A DNA stretch of 64,000 nt from an uncultured Curvibacter sp. GTDB taxonomy: Bacteria > Pseudomonadota > Gammaproteobacteria > Burkholderiales > Burkholderiaceae_C. Numbering within the stretch: the first letter of the stretch is position 1; the number at the start of each line of letters is the position of its first letter. Where the stretch lies: contig CAILKX010000092.1 in assembly GCA_903834975.1 (NCBI GenBank), positions 2,384 to 66,383 on the forward strand. The letters are read 5' to 3'. The notes beneath the pieces are model-generated. The model did no database searches, was not told the DNA's origin, and saw nothing but the letters and a program-made list of their open reading frames with translations. The position numbers were made by a program, and so were the translations under genes. Positions 59,060-64,000 of this stretch are shown in pieces.

Positions 59060-60118
59060 CTCATCTCCAATATTCAGACTTGGGCCTGTGAATTGGGATT
59101 TTCGCAAATTGGCGTGAGTGGTGTGGATTTATCGTCCGCCGAGCCCGGCCTGTTGGCTTGGTTGGCCGCGGGCCATCACGGCCAGATGGACTACATGGCG
59201 CGTCACGGCTTGAAGCGCGCTCGTCCCGCCGAATTGGAGCCCGGCACGCTCAGCGTCATCACGGCCCGCATGCCTTACCTGCCTTTGAACACCCCGGTCG
59301 ATTGGCCCGAGCAAGAACAGGCGCGCTTGACGCGTCCCGGTGAAGCCGTCATTTCAATGTACGCCCGTGGCCGCGATTACCACAAGGTGCTGCGCGCGAG
59401 GCTGCAGCAACTTCAAAGCCGCATCGCTGAGGCCATTGGGCCTTTTGGACACCGCGTTTTCACCGATTCGGCGCCGGTGATGGAGGCCGAACTGGCGGTG
59501 CGAAGCGGCCTGGGCTGGCGCGGTAAAAACACCTTGGTGCTCAGCCGAGAGGCGGGCTCGATGTTTTTTTTAGGCGAAATTTATGTGGACTTGGCCTTGC
59601 CTGAAACCCCGGCCGTGACCGATCACTGCGGCAGCTGTCAAGCCTGCCTGGACATCTGTCCGACACAAGCCTTGCTGGGACCGCAAAAGCTGGATGCTCG
59701 GCGCTGTATTTCTTACCTGACCATCGAACTCGATGGCCCCATCCCCGAGGAATTTCGACGTCCGATGGGCAACCGAATTTACGGCTGTGACGATTGTCAA
59801 TGGGTCTGCCCATGGAACAAGTTTGCCCAACGATCCACCTTGCCAGATTTTGAAATCCGCCCCCACACCAGCGGTGCCGATGTGGTCCGTCTGCTGGCTT
59901 GGACCGAAGAAACGTTTTTGCGGCGCACCGAAGGCAGCGCCATTCGCCGCATTGGCCACGCCCGTTGGTTGCGCAACTTGAGTGTGGCGGCGGGCAATGT
60001 AGAAAAAACCAAAGCCTTGAATACCGAATTAATTCAGGCCTTGACCTCTTGGCTCCATCACCCGGTTCCTTGGGTGCGCGAGCACATGGCCTGGGCTTTG
60101 GCGCAGCAAGGCGCTTGA
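59042..60118 (+). CDS. queG: Epoxyqueuosine reductase
   Basis: YARGRDYH, DSAP, CGSCQACLDICPT, CISYLTIE, GCDDCQWVCPWN. GTG start. Confidence 0.95.
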   Translation: MKLSSQLISNIQTWACELGFSQIGVSGVDLSSAEPGLLAWLAAGHHGQMDYMARHGLKRARPAELEPGTLSVITARMPYLPLNTPVDWPEQEQARLTRPGEAVISMYARGRDYHKVLRARLQQLQSRIAEAIGPFGHRVFTDSAPVMEAELAVRSGLGWRGKNTLVLSREAGSMFFLGEIYVDLALPETPAVTDHCGSCQACLDICPTQALLGPQKLDARRCISYLTIELDGPIPEEFRRPMGNRIYGCDDCQWVCPWNKFAQRSTLPDFEIRPHTSGADVVRLLAWTEETFLRRTEGSAIRRIGHARWLRNLSVAAGNVEKTKALNTELIQALTSWLHHPVPWVREHMAWALAQQGA

Positions 60119-60144
60119 ACCAAAACAACCCAAGAAACCCAACC

Positions 60145-61065
60145 TTAAAAACGCCCGATGTATTCAAAAATGGCCAAAGTGAGTGGGATGCTGACCATTC
60201 CCAGCAAGGTCGAGAGCGTCACCAGGCCCGCCACGTAAGCGCCATTGAAACCCATGCGCGAGGCCAGCACATAGCAACTGGACGCCGTGGGCATGGCCGC
60301 AAATGCCATTAAGACCAAGGCTTGTGTGGGTTCCAACGCCAGCCACTGCACCAAAAAGCCGGCCAGCACGGGGGTCAGGACGTGACGAATGCCCAGCAGT
60401 GAACTGCTCAAAACCCGGTTGCCTTTGAGCGCGTGAAAGTCCAGGCCAGCGCCCGCCGCCATCAATCCCAAAGCCAAGGCCGCACTGCTCATGCGCGTCA
60501 AGGGGACTTCGAATAAAGCAGGAATCCGAAAGCCCATCAAGTTCAGGGTCAAGGCCGCGCTGGTGGTGATGACCAAGGGGTTGCGCCCGAGGGCCCTCAA
60601 AAAATGGTGCTCGCCATGGCGCGCCATGGGCCAAACCGCCGCGATGTTCATCAGGGGCACCAAAAAGCCAATTAAAACCGCCACCAAGACCACCCCTTGG
60701 TGCCCCGCCAAGCGCTCAGAAACCGCCAGGGCTATGAAGGAATTGAACCGAAACGCCACTTGGGCGCTGGCGGCAAAGTCGGCACGGGGCATGAACCTGG
60801 CCAGTCCGGGCAAGTAGGGCAGGGTGTAGGTGAAGGCAATCGACAAGCCCCCCATCAGGAGGCCCGCCGCGATCAGCCGAGCGTCACTTTGGAAGTCCAG
60901 TGGGCTGCGCAATATGGCTTGAAACAGCATCACGGGGAACAGGCAAAAGTAGACCAAACGTTCCACCGGTTCCCAAACGCTTCGGTTCAACGGGGTGAAT
61001 CGGCACAGCAAACAGCCGCACAAAATCAAAGAAAAATCCGGCCATAACAACATTGCGTGGGTCAC
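60145..61065 (-). CDS. AEC-family (auxin efflux carrier-like) transporter
   Basis: RLVYFCLFPVMLF, FRFNS, NPLV, MPTASSCY motifs. Start GTG 61065 or ATG 61053. Confidence 0.88.
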   Translation of the reverse strand: MTHAMLLWPDFSLILCGCLLCRFTPLNRSVWEPVERLVYFCLFPVMLFQAILRSPLDFQSDARLIAAGLLMGGLSIAFTYTLPYLPGLARFMPRADFAASAQVAFRFNSFIALAVSERLAGHQGVVLVAVLIGFLVPLMNIAAVWPMARHGEHHFLRALGRNPLVITTSAALTLNLMGFRIPALFEVPLTRMSSAALALGLMAAGAGLDFHALKGNRVLSSSLLGIRHVLTPVLAGFLVQWLALEPTQALVLMAFAAMPTASSCYVLASRMGFNGAYVAGLVTLSTLLGMVSIPLTLAIFEYIGRF

Positions 61066-61161
61066 GCCGACAGAATAACAGCGTCTCAGCAAGCCGAGCC
61101 CTTGCAAGCGTCGCGTCAGTTCCAAACGATTCCCAAGGTTAACATCGTCAGCAGTTTTTTG

Positions 61162-62172
61162 ATGATGTTGTTTGTGTTGTCCCTCTTTCGTTTCTTTTCT
61201 TCTGGATTGGTGTTTCTCGCCGTCGTGGGAGCCTCTTTTTTGAGCGGCGGGGCGCAAGCGGCGCCGACAGACGCTTACCCACAAAAACCCATCCAGCTCT
61301 TGGTGTCCTTTGCGCCTGGCGGCACCACCGATTTCATGGCCCGCACCTTGGCCGACTCTTTGGGAAAGGCCCTGGGCCAATCTGTGAATGTGGTGAACAA
61401 AGCGGGCGGCGGCGGGGTGATCGGCACGGCCGAGTTGGCCCACGCAGCCCCCGATGGCTACAGCTTGGGCATTGCCACGGTGTCGACCTTGGCGGCCAAT
61501 CCGGCCATCAACCCCAAGGTGCCTTACAACCCCCTCACCGATTTCACACCCATCGTGAATGTGGCCGCGTCCCCGAATTTGATCGCCGTCAACCCGCGTT
61601 TCCCGGCTAAAAATTACAAAGCGTTTTTGGCCGAGTTAAAAAATTCACCGGACCAATATAACTATGCCACCTCGGGCGCGGGCGGCATTGGGCACTTGCA
61701 AATGGAGCTCTACAAAAGCCTGACGGGCGTGAAGATCAACCACGTGCCCTTCCGCGGCGCGGGCCCGGCTCTGAACGACACCGTCACGGGCCAAGTGGCC
61801 ATGGTGTTTGACAATTTGCCGTCGGCCATGCCCTACATTCGCGATGGCCGCTTGATTCCGATCGTCGTCGCCGCGCCCGAGCGTTTGCCGAGCTTGCCGA
61901 ACGTGCCCACCTTCAAAGAGGTCGGTTTGGAGAGTGTGAATCGCATGGCTTTTTATGGTCTGTATGGGCCCAAAGGCTTACCGACCGACGTCGTGGCCAA
62001 AATCAACGCAGCGGTTCGCAAGGTGGTGGAAGACCCCACCGTGCGCCGCCGCATCGAAGACTCGGGCTCGATCGTGGTGGCCAACAGCCCCGAGCAATTT
62101 GCGGCTCAGATTCGCACCGAGTTTGAAGTCTATAAACGCGTGGTGGCGCAGCAAAAACTTTTGCTGAATTGA
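61162..62172 (+). CDS. Tripartite tricarboxylate transporter substrate-binding protein (Bug/TctC)
   Basis: FAPGGTTD, NKAGGGG, APDGY, HVPFRGAGP, PNVPT motifs. Confidence 0.92.
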   Translation: MMLFVLSLFRFFSSGLVFLAVVGASFLSGGAQAAPTDAYPQKPIQLLVSFAPGGTTDFMARTLADSLGKALGQSVNVVNKAGGGGVIGTAELAHAAPDGYSLGIATVSTLAANPAINPKVPYNPLTDFTPIVNVAASPNLIAVNPRFPAKNYKAFLAELKNSPDQYNYATSGAGGIGHLQMELYKSLTGVKINHVPFRGAGPALNDTVTGQVAMVFDNLPSAMPYIRDGRLIPIVVAAPERLPSLPNVPTFKEVGLESVNRMAFYGLYGPKGLPTDVVAKINAAVRKVVEDPTVRRRIEDSGSIVVANSPEQFAAQIRTEFEVYKRVVAQQKLLLN

Positions 62173-62194
62173 AAACCCAGGAAGCGCTATGCTG

Positions 62195-62222
62195 CTTCAA
62201 AGCCCGCCATCTTTGAAGTTTT
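62195..62222 (+). terminator. Possible terminator after the Bug gene
   Basis: CTTCAAAG-N8-CTTTGAAG followed by TTTT; AT-rich stem. Confidence 0.45.
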
Positions 62223-62269
62223 AAAGCCCCTAAGCACCTAAGCATGCAAGCCCTGAAGCGCCAGTTGAG

Positions 62270-63166
62270 ATGAATCCCCCGCCCGAACTAGACGCTTTTA
62301 TTGAAGCCCTTTGGCTGGAGGAGGGCTTGTCGGCCAACACCCAAGCGGCTTACAGAAAAGACCTGACCCTGTTTTCTGAGTGGCTCGCCCCCCAAGGGGT
62401 GGCCCTTTTACAGGCCAATGAAATGCACATCCAAGCCTACTTTGCCGAACGCCATGCCCTTACCCGGACCGCCACAGCCAACCGTCGTTTGTCGGCTTTC
62501 AAGCGGTTTTTTCGGTGGGCCTTGCGCGAACAAGCCACAACCGGCTTGCGAGCCGACCCCACCGCCCGCTTGAGTGCTGCCAGGGCTTCCTTGCGCTCGG
62601 TGCACAGTTTGAATGAGGCCCAGGTCGAAGCCTTGTTGGCCGCTCCCCGCTTGGAAGACCCCTTGGGCTTGCGCGACCGGGCCATGTTGGAATTGCTCTA
62701 CGCCAGTGGTCTGCGTGTGTCTGAGTTGGTGGGGTTGCGCTTGTTTGAATTGGGTCTGAACGAAGGGGTTTTGCGTGTGGTGGGCAAAGGCCAAAAAGAA
62801 CGCTTGGTGCCCTTTGGCGATGTGGCGCGTGACTGGCTGAGCCGCTACTTGAACGAGGCACGACCGATCATTTTGGCGGGCCAAGTCTCAGATGATTTGT
62901 TTGTGACCCAGCGTGGCGCGCGCATGACGCGCCACATGTTTTGGGTCATTGTGAAGAAAAACGCTTTGATCGCGGGCATTCAAGCGCATTTGTCGCCCCA
63001 CACCTTGCGCCATGCCTTTGCCACCCACTTGATTAACCACGGCGCAGACCTGCGCGCGGTTCAGTTGTTGCTGGGTCACGCCGACATTTCAACGACGACC
63101 CTTTACACCCACGTGGCGCGTGAGCGTTTGCGCGCCTTGCATGCGCAGCACCATCCTCGGGGATAG
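62270..63166 (+). CDS. xerD: Site-specific tyrosine recombinase XerD
   Basis: LEEGLSANT, RDRAMLELLYASGLRVSEL, GKGQKERLVP, HTLRHAFATHL, LLGHADISTT..YTH. Confidence 0.95.
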   Translation: MNPPPELDAFIEALWLEEGLSANTQAAYRKDLTLFSEWLAPQGVALLQANEMHIQAYFAERHALTRTATANRRLSAFKRFFRWALREQATTGLRADPTARLSAARASLRSVHSLNEAQVEALLAAPRLEDPLGLRDRAMLELLYASGLRVSELVGLRLFELGLNEGVLRVVGKGQKERLVPFGDVARDWLSRYLNEARPIILAGQVSDDLFVTQRGARMTRHMFWVIVKKNALIAGIQAHLSPHTLRHAFATHLINHGADLRAVQLLLGHADISTTTLYTHVARERLRALHAQHHPRG

Positions 63167-63177
63167 ACCGGTTGCTC

Positions 63178-64000
63178 TCAGGCTTGGGCGTCCAACCACG
63201 CCATTTCGGCTTCGCTAAAGCCAGCGTCAAAGCGGGCCGTGCGGTTAAAGGGCGGCTTCATTCGGGGTGCTTCGTGGCGCTGGGTCAACACGGCGTAGTG
63301 CGCCACGGGGTCCAGTCCTTCGCGCTCGCAAGTCCAGGCGTACCAACGGTTGCCAATCGCCACATGGCCGATTTCGTCGCGCAAAATAATGTCCAAAATG
63401 CCACAGGCGGCCAAGGCATCGGCCGTTCCAATTTGGCGCAGCTTGGCTTGAATCAACGGCGTGGCATCCAAGCCCCTTGCTTCCATGGTGCGGGGCACCA
63501 AGGCCATCCGGGCCACCACGTCTTGTGACGTGCGTTCGCACATCTGCCACAAGCCGCCGTGCGCCGGAAAGTCCCCATAGTCCCAGCCTTGCGGCGGCAC
63601 GTCTTCGGCGCTCGGTGCCAAGCGGTGCATGGATTGCAAATGGGCACGCAACAAACTGAAATGCAGGGCTTCCTCCACCGCGACTTGGAGCCAATCGACG
63701 TAATAGCGGCGCGGCATGTTCGCAAAGCGCCAAATGGCATCCAACGCCAAGTTGACGGCGTTGAATTCGATGTGGGCAATGGCGTGGATCAAGGCGGCAC
63801 GACCCACCCAGGTTTTGGGGGACCGGCGCGCCACTTGGGTGTGGTTCACCCAGGTGGGTCGCTCGGGTCGCGCAGGCAGGATGACCCCTTGGGGGGCGCT
63901 CAGCTCGGCTTGCGGATCGACCTCGATTTCGAACCCGATCAAGGCGTCCTTCATCGCCAGCGTGTGGGCGATTTTGTCGTCCAAATGCGGCAGGCACAAA
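63178..64000 (-). CDS. DUF455 ferritin-like di-iron protein, 5'-truncated by window edge
   Basis: HAIAHIEFNA, EEALHF, EARGLDA, DEIGHV motifs. Confidence 0.85.
   Translation of the reverse strand, partial: LCLPHLDDKIAHTLAMKDALIGFEIEVDPQAELSAPQGVILPARPERPTWVNHTQVARRSPKTWVGRAALIHAIAHIEFNAVNLALDAIWRFANMPRRYYVDWLQVAVEEALHFSLLRAHLQSMHRLAPSAEDVPPQGWDYGDFPAHGGLWQMCERTSQDVVARMALVPRTMEARGLDATPLIQAKLRQIGTADALAACGILDIILRDEIGHVAIGNRWYAWTCEREGLDPVAHYAVLTQRHEAPRMKPPFNRTARFDAGFSEAEMAWLDAQA

Noticed and set aside
61162-62172. Orphan TTT binding protein without TctA/TctB
   Set aside because: Orphan Bug genes are abundant and ordinary in Burkholderiales.
62270-63166. Phage or island integrase
   Set aside because: Length and motifs match chromosomal XerD; there are no mobile-element neighbours or att/dif-like sites nearby.

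Overview
Chromosomal window from a Comamonadaceae-like betaproteobacterium (taxon inferred from gene order and protein style; Limnohabitans-like). It contains no prophage, IS or CRISPR array. Left end (1-10.6 kb): an aromatic catabolic cluster with a 5'-truncated hydroquinone 1,2-dioxygenase large subunit, 4-hydroxymuconic semialdehyde dehydrogenase, maleylacetate reductase, a five-gene LIV-type ABC importer, a Dabb barrel protein, hydroxyquinol 1,2-dioxygenase and pcaIJ. Middle: housekeeping genes (yqeY, rpsU, HI0933-family flavoprotein, ybiB, tsaD, PLP aminotransferase, bktB, rpsO, pnp, quinone oxidoreductase, tpiA, secG, tRNA-Leu, nuoA-N, DUF1178), an ABC exporter, a MarR-OMF-EmrAB efflux operon and a second LIV-type ABC importer. 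Right: the queG/tsaE-amiC-mutL-miaA region, an AEC transporter, a Bug protein, xerD and a partial DUF455 gene. The most unusual element is a CYP102/BM3-like P450 fused only to an FMN (flavodoxin) domain. It ends at the domain boundary with no FAD/NADPH domain, lies between mutL and miaA, overlaps the miaA start, and has a heptamer microsatellite upstream. Other notable patterns are repeated -10-box-to-start-codon spacing suggesting leaderless mRNAs, a 10-mer shared by two ribosomal-protein promoters, tandem repeats seeded on stop codons, and a repeat-rich operator region upstream of bktB. All annotation comes from motif recognition by eye; no database search was run.
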